Assembly: GCF_004010195.1 (NCBI RefSeq)
Contig: NC_057753.1
Location: 4,081,656-4,145,655, forward strand
Reading direction: 5' to 3'
DNA from: Chiloscyllium plagiosum
Lineage: Eukaryota
Length of the DNA stretch: 64,000 bases
Shown: piece after piece, positions 1-13,512 of the stretch
How positions within the stretch are numbered: the first letter of the stretch is position 1
How the letters are laid out: each line of letters begins with the position of its first letter
The notes under the pieces: model-generated
What the model was told of the DNA's origin: nothing
The model's input: the letters and a program-made list of their open reading frames with translations, nothing else
Databases searched by the model: none
Position numbers and translations under genes: made by a program

Positions 1-17
1 GCAGGCCCCTTGGGCTG

Positions 18-56
18 CAAGGCAGTAGTGCTAACCACTGAACCACCGTGCTGCCC
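18..56 (-). mobile_element. tRNA-derived SINE 5' head fragment (HE1/V-SINE type)
   Basis: Reverse complement GGGCAGCACGGTGGTTCAGTGGTTAGCACTACTGCC, same head as 17682 onward. Confidence 0.7.
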
Positions 57-347
57 CAAGCTTAGTGAGAGACAGAAAGAAATGGGGAATGAAGCCAGGG
101 TGGTGAAGAGAAACCATTTTCGCAATTGTTCACAGCGGGAAAGGAATCCAGCCAGGAGGTGTGTGGGGACGATTCAGAATACCTTCTTCAGACCACAAAT
201 CCCAATATAGCTTTGTAGGTCCTGCAGTTTCGGGATGTTTTTCCTGGGAAGACTTTGATTTTCGATCACCACCCTGATGCAGTGAGGATCACAGGATGGC
301 CCTATCATCTTTGCTACCAATTTCTTTCTGTTGTCTGCAATCACATC

Positions 348-1790
348 CAAGTGTGGATTGGACACAGCTGTTTGAAGGGAAGTCCACATGTGAGATGTGG
401 GAGGCTTTCAAAGATAGGTTAAAGGTAGTGCAGGATAGGCATGTCCCGTTGAAGATAAACGATAGGAAAGGAAATATTCGTGAACCGTGGATGACAGGAG
501 AAATTGTACGACTAGCCAAGAGGAAAAGGGAAAAGTACATAAGGTCCAGGCAGCTAAGAACAGAACGGGCCCTGGAGGAATATCGGAAGAGCAGGACAAG
601 TCTTAAACGAGGAATCAAGCGGGCTAAAAGGGGTCATGAAATAGCATTAGCGAGCAGAATTAAGGAGAATCCCAAAGCATTTTATTCTTTTATAAGATGC
701 AAGCGGGTAGCTAGAGAAAGGATTGGTCCACTAAAGGATAATGAAGGAAGGCTGTGTGTCGAACCTGAGAGAATGGGTGGGATTCTGAATGATTACTTTG
801 CATCAGTGTTCACTGAGGAGAGGGACATGAATGATCTGGATGGCGAAGCCGAGGGCATTCTGGTTCGGTTTTCAGATGATGCAGAGATCGGTGGACTGGC
901 AGGTGGCATTAAAGAGGCAGGAAGGTTGCAGAAATATTTAGACAGGTCAGGAAAGTGGGCAAAGAATTGTCAGACGAAATACAACGTGGGAATGTGAGGT
1001 CATGCACCTTGTTAGATAGAATAGAGGCATAGACTATTTTCTTAGTGGGGTGAAAATTCAGAAATGTGCAGTGCAAAGAGACTTGGGTATCCTGGTCCAG
1101 GTTTCTCTTAAGGTAACCTTGCAGGTTCAGTTCGTAGTTAGAAAGGCATATACAATGTTATTATTCATCTTGAAAGAACGAGAGTACAAAAGCCAGGATT
1201 ACCTCTGAGGCTTTATAAAGCTATGATCAGAGCACATTTAGATTATTGTGAGCATTTTTGCCCCATACGTCAGGAAGGATGTAATGGCCGTGGAGCAGGT
1301 CCAGAGGACGTTTACGAGAATGATCCTAGGAATGAAAAGTTTAACATATGAGGAGCATTTGAGGACTCTAGACTATACTCAATAGAGTTTAGAAAGATGA
1401 TGGAAGATCTGACTGAAACTTACAGAGTACTGAATGGTCTGGACATAATGAGTGTTGGGAAGAGACTTCCATTGGCAGGAGAGATGAGGAATCGAGGGCA
1501 CAGCCTTGCAGAAAGGGAAGACCTTTAGAACGGAGAAAAGGACAAGCCTCCTTAGCCAGAGAGTGGTGAATATGTGGAATTTATTGTCGTAGAAGACTGT
1601 GGAGGCCAGGCCATTGAGTATATTTAAAACAGAGATAGAGGAGTTCATGATTGTGAAAGGGATCAATGGTTACGGGGAGAATGTGGGAAAATAAGGTTAA
1701 AAAAACCATCAGTCATGATTGAATCACAGAGCAGACTCAATGGGCTGAATGGCCTAACTCCTGTGCAAACTTTGTATGGTCTTATGACTG
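348..1790 (+). mobile_element. CR1-type LINE ORF2 fragments (EN-RT linker fused to RT C-terminal region) and 3' end
   Basis: ORF 296..997: VDWTQLFEGKSTCEMWEAFK, EPWMTGEI, IKENPKAFYSFI, then jumps at about 830 to FSDDAEIGG; downstream degenerate CR1 C-terminal coding and tail. Confidence 0.85.
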
Positions 1791-2479
1791 ACAGTGACAA
1801 AGGATGCACGATGCTCATAAGGTTATACTTATGTCTATATCACATCAGTATATCATCGAGGTATGTTGTCCTGTCTGAACACAGAACTGTAGAGATGTAA
1901 CGCTATTGCCATACCATATTCAGGATTGTTGTGATCCCATTTAGGAGAGTAACTTGACTCGAATAGAAATTTATTGCAAGGGTCTGTTCGCAGTATCCAA
2001 ACAGAGCTTTGGAAGAATTTACAAAATGAGTGAGTTGACAATTAAATTCGACGCTTACTGCTATTTCTTAGGCCTCAATAGCTGACCAACCTTTTAACTG
2101 TGTTAACTGTACACTAAGTGCAGTATGCTGCAAATCAAGATCTAATTGGTGACTTTAACTTGCCCACTAAAGGGTAATGGCGTTACAAATTGAACATGTA
2201 ATCTTAATAAACATATCCACAGAAAATGCAAAAAGCTTTAAACCTTTGGGTACATTTTCTTTCTGAAATGCTCAGCTGATAAATTGAGATTTTTTGAGTG
2301 CTGATATGATATTATGGGAATTTAATCCTCAGATTCTCTGAGGGGAACACTGCAGCACAAGCATTAGAGGCAATATTCCATACCAGCGGATGGCTATATT
2401 GATGCAACAACCGTACTCCGTGCCTCCACATCCAGGCAAAGTTATCGACTTCATCCTTTAGCACGGGGAAGCTTAGAGC

Positions 2480-3735
2480 ATTGGGCGCTTTTGGGGTAAT
2501 GTCCACGGATCTTTGACAGTGGCTAGGAGAGATTAATATGATGGTTAAGCAGACGTGCGGGATACTAGCCTTTTTCAGTCAGGGCAGAGATAAAAGTGGG
2601 AAGGTTATATTTGGAGCTGTAGAAAACTCTGGTTCGTGCACAGATGGAGTATTAGCAAAAGGTGTGGCGCTGGGAAGGCAAAGCAGGTCAGGCAGCATCC
2701 GAGGAACAGGCGAATCGATTTTTCGGGGGTAAGCTCCATGGGATGGAATGTTTCAGAGAACATCTCTGGGACAAACGCCCCAAACAACCCTACCACCCTG
2801 TGGCTGACCACTTCAACTCCCCGTTCCACTCCGCCAAGGTCATGAAATTCCTGGGCCACCCCCACCACCAAATCCTAGCCACCCAACGCCTGAAGCAAAA
2901 AACAGGCCATCTTCCACCTTGGAACTCCGCAACCACACGGCATCAACGTCAATTTCTCCAGCTTCCTCATCTCCCCCCCCCCCCCCCAACCTTAGTCCCA
3001 AGCTTCCATCTCAGCCCTGTCCACATGACCTGTCCGGACTTGTCCTACCTGCCTATATCCCCTGTCCTATTCCCCCGCCCCATTTTCCTGATGAAGGACT
3101 TATGCCCAAAACATCGATTCTCCTGCACCTTGGATACTATCTCACCTACTGTGCTTTTCCAGCGTCACACTTTTTCCACTCCGAACTCCAGCATCTGCAG
3201 TCCTCACTGTCTCCTAGATGGAGGATTGTGTATTGTCTAGTCCCCAGTCAGTTGAAGGCTGTGATTTCACTGGGAAGATTTACTACAATGTCACGTGGGG
3301 AGATGCCTCTCTATGAAGAAACGCTGGATAGAATTGGAAAGCTTTTTTGCTTTCGGAGAACAGAATGTTGAGGTGGGACTCGATTATGAAAAGCAAGGGC
3401 CTGGTGAATAGAAAACAACTTTTCCGCTTCGGAGAAGAGTCAATACCAACGGGACATAATTTGAAGTTGAAAGGCACGAGGCTGAGAGGGAATTGAGTGA
3501 AAACATAGACACAGAGGATGTAATGTGGGTCTGGAATGCAATGTTTGGGATTGTAGTTGGGGCTACCCAAATTCACAATTTGTAAAATACTTGGATGAGC
3601 ACTTGAAGTGTCACAATATTCAAGGCTGTGGGCCGAGTTCAGGAATGTGAGACTCATATATTTCATGAAGTCTTGACTGTACAGGCTTGACGGACCAGAG
3701 GACCTCCTCTGCACTGCATGAATCTGTGATTCTAA
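2480..3735 (+). mobile_element. Old CR1 3' fragment interrupted by a Penelope-derived insert
   Basis: VKQTCGILAFFSQG motif before the insert; CR1 C-terminal sequence resumes at about 3228. Confidence 0.65.
2654..3215 (+). mobile_element. Penelope-like element 3' fragment with inverted terminal arm
   Basis: CFREHLWD...HPVADHFNSPFHS (distal GIY-YIG region). The start is the reverse complement of the terminal repeat at the end. TSD agatggag(t/g)att at 2642-2653 and 3216-3227. Confidence 0.8.
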
Positions 3736-3964
3736 GTAACATCAGCTGACTTTACGAGAATATTTCTAACAGCGTGCCCATCAGGTGTTTATCTCAGATT
3801 TTGTTTAAGCAAAGGCATTTATGGCAATAAAATCTATACAGAAATTTGATAAAACTGCAGGAAATCAACAAGAAAGTTCATTTTGCAGCCATTTTAATCC
3901 CCTTTATATTCTCAGAAGCATTTTTAAAATACCCAAGACCTTGATTAGAAGACAAAATCTTGCT

Positions 3965-4225
3965 TAGAAGTTAGAGTAGAGTCCCTCCAGTGTGGAAACA
4001 GGCCAAGTGGCCCAACAAGTCCACACCAACTCTCTGAAGTGTAACTCACCCAGACCTATTCCCCGTTGCTCTCCATTTACCGGACTAATGCACCTAACCG
4101 ACATATCCCTGATCACTGCACAATTCAACATGTCCACTTCTGGTAATCTGCACATATGTGGACTGTGGGAGTAAACCAGAGCACCCGGAGGAAACCCACG
4201 CAGACACAGTGTGATTGTGCAAATG
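3965..4225 (-). mobile_element. HE1/V-SINE copy
   Basis: V-domain (ggactgtgggag...cacccggaggaaacccacgcagacac) and CR1-like 3' tail (cagtgtggaaacaggcc). Confidence 0.85.
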
Positions 4226-4819
4226 TGAAAAAAAATATAATTATTGTAGTCTCACTTTCATTAACGAGAAACTGCAATTGATTGTTCAACCTGAATGCCA
4301 CCATGCTTCAGGCAAAGGCAGAGGTGAGGACAAAGTCCTCCACTGTAACCTCAGCTGGAACAAGCCCTGAAGTCACTCTGCTGACATCATGTTGTGTCAT
4401 GGACTAGCCATCCAGTGGACTTTGATGTAAACGCTCACACAGGAATACTCAGGAGATTGGTTTGTCGATGTGTACAGTAACAGGCAGGAAATGCGTAGAA
4501 GGTCCGAAACAATGAGCTCGTGCAACATACTTTTAAACTGCCGGATTAAACGTGAAAAAACAAACCCAACGACGGAAATATACCTTGCATAGTGTCATGA
4601 TAAATTGGCAGCCTTAAATGCAACAATTATGAAGCCACTTTCTATTCAAAAATTCAAGTGATTTTGCTTCTCTCGGGAGTCATAAGTGAGGAATCAATGA
4701 TTCCAAAATAATCAAGTCATCGCTTTCAGGAAACAAATCTGTAAAACTTCAATGCTATAATAAACATGGAAATGGTTTCAGAATTTGGTAGCGTGCAACT
4801 ATTGAAATGTGGTATTCCT

Positions 4820-5900
4820 CTATGTCTTAAAACAACGTGGTAACGCTTGGGCCTCAACAACTTCCTCTGGTATTGAATTCTGCAGACTCACTACTCTCTG
4901 GGTGATGAAATTTCTCGTCATCTCTGTCCTAAACCTTTTACCACTTATCCACAATCTATGAGCGCTAGTTTTGGCTCTCAACATCAGAAACTTACTTCCA
5001 TCAAGAAACTTGTCTAGTCCTGTTAGAAGGTTATCGGTTTCCATGAGATTGCCCATCATTCTGTGAAAACCTATTGAATACAATATCAATCGACTCAAAC
5101 GCTCCTGATCGATGAATCCTGTCCTCCCAAGAATTAATTTGATAAACCTTTGTTGCCTTTCCTGAATAACAAGGACACTCTTCCTCAGTTAAGGAGACCC
5201 AAAGGGCGCATAATTTCCAGCTGTGGCCTCTATACTGCCCTATATATTTGCAGTCAGATACTCTTTATCCTGTATTCAAAACCTTTCTCTATGGTTTTGG
5301 GATCAGTGGTGCTGGAAAAGCACAGCAATTCAGGCAGCTCGTCGGATGCTGCCTGAATTGCTGTGCTCTTCCAGCACCACTGATCCAAAATCTGGTTTCC
5401 AGCATCTGCAGTTATTGTTTTTACCTCCTTTCTCTATGGCTGCCAACAGAGTTTGCCTTCTGCACTGCCTACTGTATGTTCGCACTGCTTCTCAGTGGCT
5501 GGTGCACATGGATACCCAGGTTATATGAAGCATTCCTCCTTCTCAGATTACAGCCATTCAAATAATAACCTCGCACTTTTATCCTCAATATACTGCATCC
5601 TGCGTGAATTTTCCAACTTAATCACCCTATTGAAATCACTACAGCCATACCTGCACCATCCTCACAGCTGACTCTTCCACCCAGCTTTCAGTTATCTGAA
5701 ATTTCGAGATATTATATTTATTTCCTTCGTAAAAGTCAAGGATATGCATTTTGAATAGCTATATTTCTGTACTGATCCCTGCTGCACCCCACTAGTCTCC
5801 GCCTGTCATTCAGAAAACGACCCATCTTTCATTTTGTATATTTCCTGTCTTAATGTTCTATCCACCTCAATACAGTATCACCAGTCCATGCACTTTCATT
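4820..5900 (-). mobile_element. Degenerate CR1 RT/3' fragment
   Basis: ORF 4820..5098 FRTEMTRNFITQRVVSLQNSIPEEVVEA. Confidence 0.75.
5295..5426. mobile_element. Short palindromic Penelope-derived insert
   Basis: 39-bp arms 5300-5338 and 5348-5386 (1 mismatch); perfect 13-bp TSD cctttctctatgg at 5282-5294 and 5427-5439. Confidence 0.85.
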
Positions 5901-6407
5901 TTAAACATTTCTCTTTTATCCCAACCTCAATAACTTAACTGATGGAACCGAACGAGAGATAATGATATTGAGTAAAATGTACAACAAGAGCAATGATTTT
6001 GACTTGAAAGTACAGCACAGCCACGTGGTCAAACTCCATATAAAATAAACCAGTAATTAAACCGATTAATTATGAATTTAGGCAAAGATAAAAGATATGA
6101 TTTCCCGATTTATGATAGAAAGGTAAAATCCCCACATTTGCAAGTGAGGAAGGTAGTAGATGCTTGAAATGGCAGAATGAGAAAGGATTCGGGTTAAAAA
6201 AAAACTTGTGGCACTCTGACCACAGTCACAACTTAGTGAAGCTGTTCTCGACCGTGTTATGTTGATAAATTTGCATATTTTCTTTCAAGATAAACAATGT
6301 CAGTCATGTTCAGCATCGGTCAACATTCACGTTTTTGTCAAACTCATTTTCATTTTGTTGTGTCAACTTGAGTTAGTCAATTACATTATTAGGAATAAAA
6401 TTTAATT

Positions 6408-6565
6408 TAGAGTCATAGAGATGTACAGCATGGAAACAGAGCTGTCGATTCAACTCGTCCATGCAGACCAGAAATCCTCTCCTATCTGGTCCCATTTTCC
6501 AGCGCCTGGCCCATATCCCTCTAAATTGTTCCTATTCATATACCAAATCCAGATGCCTTGTAAAT
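6408..6565 (-). mobile_element. CR1 3' end fragment
   Basis: Reverse complement of the tail seen at about 18300-18435 (gtacatctctatgactct). Confidence 0.7.
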
Positions 6566-6639
6566 TAAAATTAAATGTAATTTTTAAAAGTGCCCCAGTA
6601 GCAAAAAAAAAGTAGTGTAATTAGATGACTCATTAACCA

Positions 6640-7440
6640 TGTAACACACAGCCTTGGAACAATACTTGTAGGCAGAGCTCGTAATGGGTTGTCCACTTAA
6701 CCTTCTGGTTAATGGCAGCCCCTCAGTTGCTGATCGTAGAGGAATCAGAGGTGTTGATGCAATCCAATGTCAAGGGAACATGGCTAGATTCTCTCTGGAA
6801 TCTGTCTGGCAATTCCATGGAGTGCATTGTACCTACCACATTTCAGTCTTACGCGAGATATTGCTTAGCGCTTTCTGAGCAAGGATACTGACAACTTCAG
6901 CATCCGATGACTTGAGATGCATGCAGAACATTGTGTATTCAGTAGCGAATATCGTGCCAGCTGCTCTCATGATGGAAAGAATACCATCTCCGAGAATTCG
7001 ACCCTCAAGAATTCTTGTGGTTATCAGCCCTGATATTGAAAGTATTTTACTCTGGCAACCACATATCTCTAGTTGTATGATTACAAAGAATGAATGTTTC
7101 CCCCTAATTCCCATTGATTCGAGTTCGGCTAAAGGTTATTATTGGGACTGTCAGTCACATTCTGCCTTGTTATGAATTGCGATGCATTCTCCCTTCACCT
7201 CTGAAGCTCAGCTCATTTGTCCAAGTTGGGACCAAGAATGCAATGAGGCTATTAGCTTTGATGGAGCAGAAACTGAACGTCAATGAATAGGTTATCGTCT
7301 AGCAAGTTCAGATTTCTCACACTGTTGTCATTCCTGTCACTAATTGACTGATGTTCAAGAATATACTGTTTGAATGTCAGTTAATTGGAATTGATTTATC
7401 TTGCTTTATTGAGAGAGAATAGGATTGGACGATTTTTCAA
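6640..7440 (-). mobile_element. Ancient LINE RT fragment (CR1/L2 group, different family)
   Basis: Degenerate RT peptides (MGIRGK...; LSIMRAAGTIFATEYTMF resembling the FADD region). Confidence 0.55.
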
Positions 7441-8682
7441 CAGAGGCCAGCAGAGAGACTTTGCTGAGACGTGTTGAGAAACAAGTCAGTTCAGTCACCA
7501 GTGAGGAAGAACCCTCCGGGCTTCAGTGAATAAGGAGAGTACGGTACGGTTCTTTTATATTTCTTAGTGTAAAGGGGCAGAGGTGGCAGGTAGGGCAGTG
7601 ATGTACGCCTTCTGCCAGATGTCGGAGATCAGGGAGCGGTCCAGTGTTCCTGATAACTATGTCTGTAGGAAGTGTGACTGGCCGCAGCTTCTCATAGACC
7701 GAGTTGTTTGGAGAGGCAGTTGGATACTCTGAGGAGCACACAGGGGCTGAGAGTGTGGCTACGGGAGGTGGTTACTCTAGTTACGGGAGGTGATCATACC
7801 ATGGCTTTAATCAGGTAGAGGGATGATCGCCAGGAGAGGCCGGCAAGTAGTTGATGAGCCTCCTGTGGCTTTTCCCCTCTCTAACAGATCACTGGAGAAC
7901 GTGACCTCTCAGGGGAGTGTAACAGCAGACTGACACCACAACTGGATCTGCTGTAAAGCAGGGTTGGACAAATTCCAAGCGACCGATACTGGCAGGAGAC
8001 ACGCTAGTTACGGCCACAGACTGGCGTTTCTGTGGCCGTGTTCGAGATTCTAGGATGGTGTGTTGCATCCCTGGTTCTAGGGTCCAGGATATCTCTGAGC
8101 AGATGTATGAACTTGTTAATGGGGAGGATGGGCAACCAGAGGTCGTTATGCACATTGGTACCAATGACATAGGTAGAAAGAGAGACGTGTTCCTGCGGAC
8201 TGAGTACAGGGAGTGAGGAAAAAAAAGTCTGAATTGCAGGACCGCAAGGGTAATACTCTCTGGATAACTACTAGTGCTACATGACAGTGAGGCGAGGAAT
8301 AGAACGATAGGAGAGATGAATGCGTGGCTAAGGAGCTGGGGCAGAAGACAGCGTTACAGGTTCTTGAATCATTGGGACCTCTTCTGGGGCAGGAATAATC
8401 TGTACAAGAGAGACATGTTGCACCTAAACTGGAAGGAACCAAATCTCCGTTGGGAGATTGACTACTGCTACTCGGGGTGTTTCTTACCTATCGTGGCAGG
8501 GGGCTGGGAACGAGAGCAGAGGGTCAGCAAGTGGAGGTATCGATGGACATTCGATATTTGGACCAGTAAATCAGAAAGTAAGGACAGTCCGAGATGAGTA
8601 ATTGAACATGGTGATATCAATGGGTTATTTCAACGCAAGGAGTATTATGGGTAAGGCAGAAGAGGTTTGGGACTATGATGTA

Positions 8683-8961
8683 ATTAGACTACCTACAGTG
8701 TGGAAACAGGCACTTCGGCCCAACCAGTCCACACCGCCCCTCTGTCAAGTAATCCACTCAGACCCATTTCCCTCTCAATGATGCGCCTAAAACTATGGAC
8801 AATTTAGCATGACCAATTCATCTGACCTGCAAGAGGAAACCCCATGCAGAAACGGGGAGAACGTGCAAACTCCAAACAGACCGTCGCCCCAGGCTGGAAT
8901 GGAACCTGGAACCCTGGTACTGTGAGGCAGTAGTGCTTACCACTGAACCACTGTACCGCCC
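8683..8961 (-). mobile_element. HE1/V-SINE inserted in CR1 EN region
   Basis: Head, V-domain and tail recognisable; interrupts CR1 coding sequence. Confidence 0.85.
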
Positions 8962-9374
8962 TGTTTTGACCATTACAGAGACTCGGTTGAGGGAAGGACA
9001 GGACTGACTGCTCAATTTTCCTGCGTTTCTTTTGTTTTATCCAGACAGCAAGGATGGTATAACAGGTGGGGGAGTTATATTACTAAACAGGAAGAATATC
9101 ATATCTTTACTCAAAGAAGACTCACTGGAGTGCTTATTCACTGAGTCACTAACAGTAGAGATAAAAAAAATAGTGCAATCATTCTGATTGGATTAAACTA
9201 TAGGCCCCCCCCAATAACTACAAACACATTGAGGAAACAATATGCATGCCGTTTATGGAAAGATGCAGTATAAACAGATTTGTCATAGTGGGTGACTTTA
9301 ACTCTGCCAATATTGACTGGATCTCCACGACAGCAAGAGGTTTTGACGTGGCAGGATGGGTTAAACGCATCCAT

Positions 9375-12300
9375 GGTGCCGAAAGGATGGTGTGGGGTGA
9401 GGGGGGAGGGGAGGTTTCAGAACTGTAGGGTAATGAGACCGGTTCTGGAGGAGGTGGGACCTGTAAAAACTGGATGGATTTAATCTCTGCAGGACTGGGA
9501 TTGATGTCCTTTGGAGGGTGGGGAAGGGAGTGTGGAGACTGCTGGCTGGTGTGAATAGGGAGAGTTTAAAATTAGTATGGCAGGGAGATGGGAACCAAAG
9601 GATTAGAACAGAAGATGCAGAAATCGACGGAGAGGTAGAAACTAGGGAAAACATTACTAAGGACAGGCAGGGAAATACTATTGAAACAGCAGGGAAAGTG
9701 GTCTGAAATGCACGTGTTTCAATGCAAGAAGTATAATTAACAGGGTAGATAAAACCAGACTGTTGGTTAGTACTTGGAATTACGATATTGTTGCAATTAA
9801 TGCTAAAAGAGGGACAGGACATGCATCTGAATCCCAGGAAATAGATGCTTCAGGTGTGAAAGAAAGGGATGTTAAAGGAGTGGAGGAGTTGCAATATTGG
9901 TAAAGGAATATCTGATAGCTGTACTGAGTGAAGATGCATCAGAGGACTCGTGCAGCGAGGCAGTATGGGTGGAACTTAGGAATAGGAAAGGTGAAATCAC
10001 AATGCTGGGGTTACACTGCAGGCCTCGCAACAGCCAGCGGGAGAAACAGGAGAGGATATGTGGACAGATTTTGAAAAGATGTAAAAACAGTAGGGTTGTT
10101 GTGGTGAGTCATTTAAACTTACCCTGTATTGACTAGGACCCACTTCGTGATAGAGGCTTGGATGGAACAGAATTTATAAGCACTATTCAGGAGGCTTTCC
10201 TGACACAGCATGTAAACAGTCCAACTAGGGAAGGGATTATACTGGACCTGGTTTCTGGAAACAAGCCCGGTCAGGTGAGTGAAGTTTCAGTGGGGGAGCA
10301 TTTTGGGAGTAAGGACCATAATATCGCGAGCTTGAATTTACTCATGGAAACGGATGACAGGAATCCTCGAGTGAAAATGTTAAATTTGGGGAAGGTGAAC
10401 TCCAACAGTATTAGGCAGGACCTGGAGAGTGTTGATTGGAGGTAGATTTTTGAGGATAAATCTACATTGGACATTTCGGAGTATTTCAAATGACAGTTGA
10501 TAAGAGTTCAGGAGTTGAATGCTCCCTTGAGAATGATGGTTTAGGATGTCAAGTTTCGTGAGCCTTGGATGATCAAGGATGTTATGAACTTAGTCAAATA
10601 GAAAAAATGGGAAGCACATGTAAGGTTTAAGAAGATGGGAACTGACAAATCCCTGTGTACAAGGAAAGTAGGAAAGAACTTAAGCAAGGAATTCGAAAGG
10701 CCAAAAGGGGTCATGGAAAATCATTAGCAAACAGGCTTAAGGACAATCACAAGGTTTTTCCTGCATATATAGAACAGCAAGAGGGTAGCCAGGGAAATGA
10801 TTGGCCGAATCAGACACAAAGGAGGGAATTTATGTGGGGATCCAAAAAGGTAGGTGAGGTCCTAAACGAATACTTTCTTCTGGTATTTATAAAAGAGAAG
10901 GAAATAGTGGAGGACGGTCTCAGAGACGGGAGTGTCGAATTTCTAAACAAAGTTGCTATTAAAATCGAAGACGTGCTATGCGTCTTAAAAAGTATTAAGA
11001 TGGATAAGTTCCCAGATCCTGATGGGATCCAGTTCAGAATATTGAGGGAGGCAAGGGAACAAATTGCTGGAGCGTTGATAGACATCTTTGTATCCTTTTT
11101 GACCAAAGATGAGGCTCCAGAACATTGAAGATTAGCTAATATTGTCCCATTGAGTGTAACAGGGATAATCCAGGAAATTACAGGCCTGTTAGCCTCATTC
11201 AGTATTAGGGAATTATTGGAAAAGATTCTCAGGGACAAGATCTATATGCATTTAGGATCACATGGACAGATTAATGATAGGTAGCAAGATTTTGTGCGGG
11301 GCAGGTCATGCCTCATAACTTGATCCAATTTTAGGAGGAATTGACGAAAATGATTGATAAGGGAAAAGCTGTTGATGTTGTCTACATGGACTTCAGTAAA
11401 GCCTTAGACAAGGTCCCTCATGGCAGACTGGTATCAGGTGAGGTATCAGGAACGACTTGGCAAAATGGTTGCAAAACTGGCTTAGTCATAAGAGACAGAG
11501 GGTAGCAATGCTTTTCGGAACGAGGACAGTGACTAGTGATTGTTCCATAGAGATCAGCGCTGGAACTTCTGCTGTTCGTGATCTGCATAAATGATTTGAG
11601 GTAAAACGTGGCTGATCTAATTGATGAGTTTGTGAACAATACAAAATTGGTGCAGTTGCAGATAGCAAGAAGGATTGTCAGAGCTTACAGTAGGACATGT
11701 ATATCATTTGGAAGTCTGGGCTGAAAAATGTCAGGTGGAGTTTACTCCGGATGTAGGTGAGGTGATGCATTTTGGACTGTCAAGTACACATGGAAATTGT
11801 AAAGTAAATGGCAGACCCCTTCGAGCATTGATATGAGGAGTGATCTGGATGTGCAAGTCCACAGATTACAGAAGGTGGCAGCACAGATTGATAAGATAGT
11901 AAAAAAGGGCTTTGGCACGCTTGCCTTCATTGGAAGGAACATTGAATATAAGGATAGATAAGTTATGCTGCAGCATTATAGAACCTTATTTAGGCCACAC
12001 TTGGAATATTGTGTAGTGTTCTGATCAACACACGACCGGAAGGATTTGGATGCTTTGGCTAGGGTACAGAAAAAGTTTATCAGGATATTGCCTGGTATGA
12101 GGGACTTGAGCTGTGAGGCAAGATTAGATAGACTAGGTTTGTTTTCACTGGAATGCAGGAGATTGAGGGGCGACCTTACAGAAGTTTCTAAGATTGTGAA
12201 TGTCATGCATAGAGTGGAAAGTATAAAGCTTTTTGTTAAGGTGGAGAGGTCAATCACGAGGGGACACAGATTTTAAGGTGCAAGGTGGTAAGTTTCAAAG

Positions 12301-12420
12301 AGATTTGTGAGACATATGGATCTTGTAAGTGAAGACAGTTTCAATAACGGAAGGGCGAAATGGGTCGGCACATGCCTAGTATGGTGAAGGGCCTCTTCCT
12401 GTGCTGTATTGCTCTTTGTT
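9375..12420 (+). mobile_element. Nested CR1 (end of ORF1 + degenerate ORF2 + 3' tail)
   Basis: SEAVWVELRNRKG, SPTREGIILDLV, DKFPDPDGI, RRLRGDL motifs; tail gggcctcttcctgtgctgtattgctct at about 12390-12420. Confidence 0.85.
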
Positions 12421-13334
12421 CATCCGATGAGGGTTTCTTAGAATAGTATGTGGATAGTCCAACTAGAGGAGGGGCCATTCTGGACCTTCTTTTGACTAAT
12501 GAGCATAGATTGGTGGCGAGCATTTCAGTGGGAGAACATTTTGGAAACTGTTGTAACAACTCCTTAAATGTTAAGATAGCTATGAATAGAGATAAGTCAT
12601 GAACTTGCGGGAAGGTACTAAATTGGGTGAGAATAAATTACATCAGTATTAGGCAGGAGCTAGGGAATGTTAGTTTGAAGAGACTATTATCAGGCATGTG
12701 GGAATTGTTTGAAGACCTACTGATCAGCGTTCAGACCAGAATGTTCCAGAAAGGAGGAAGGACAGGATGGCAAGGTAAGGGGAACTTGGATGACGACGGA
12801 GGTTGTGAATTTAGTCAAAAGGAGAAAAAATATGTCAGTTTCAGAAGCAAAAATCTGACAAAGGTTGTGAGTGATATAAAGAAAACAGGAAGGAAATCAA
12901 GAAGGGAATTGGGAGAGCAAGAAAGGATCATGAAATGACCTTGGCAAATAGGCTTAAAGAGAACCCCAAGGCATTCTATACATGTATTAGAACAAGAGGA
13001 TAACTATGGAGAAGTTAGGACCACTCAAGGTTAAAGGAGGGAACTTGTGCTTGGAAGCAGAGAATGTGGATGAAATCCTACATAAGTACTTTGCGTTGGA
13101 ATTCATTTGGAACATGCTGTGGAGGATGGTGAGATTTTATCCGAGCATGCAAGTATGCGAGGCCAATTTGAGATCAATAAAGTAGTGGTGTTGAATCTAC
13201 TGCAGTGCAGTAAGATGGAAATGACCCAGGACCCCATGGTATCTACCCTAGATTAATGAAACAAGGAAGTGAGGAGATTGCTGGGACCTTGACGAAGATC
13301 TTTGTATCCTCCTAAAAAAAATCTGTGGAGGCTG

Positions 13335-13512
13335 TAAATCAGAAAGAAAACCAGAAATTGCTGGAAAAGCTCAGCAGGTCTCGCAGCATCTGTGAAGAAA
13401 AATCAGAGTTTGCGTTTCTGAGGAAGGGTCACTTGACTCGAAAGATTAACTCTGATTTCTCACCACAGATGCTGCCAGACCTTCTGAGCTTTTCCAGCAA
13501 TTTCTATTTATG
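13335..13512. mobile_element. Palindromic Penelope-derived insert (second family) with hammerhead-like loop
   Basis: Arms agaaattgctggaaaagctcag...atcagagtt and aactctgat...ctgagcttttccagcaatttct flank CTGAGGA-AGGGTCACTTGACTC-GAAA. Confidence 0.75.

Noticed and set aside
296..997. 233-aa ORF as a host gene
   Set aside because: CR1 ORF2 fragments joined by a deletion.
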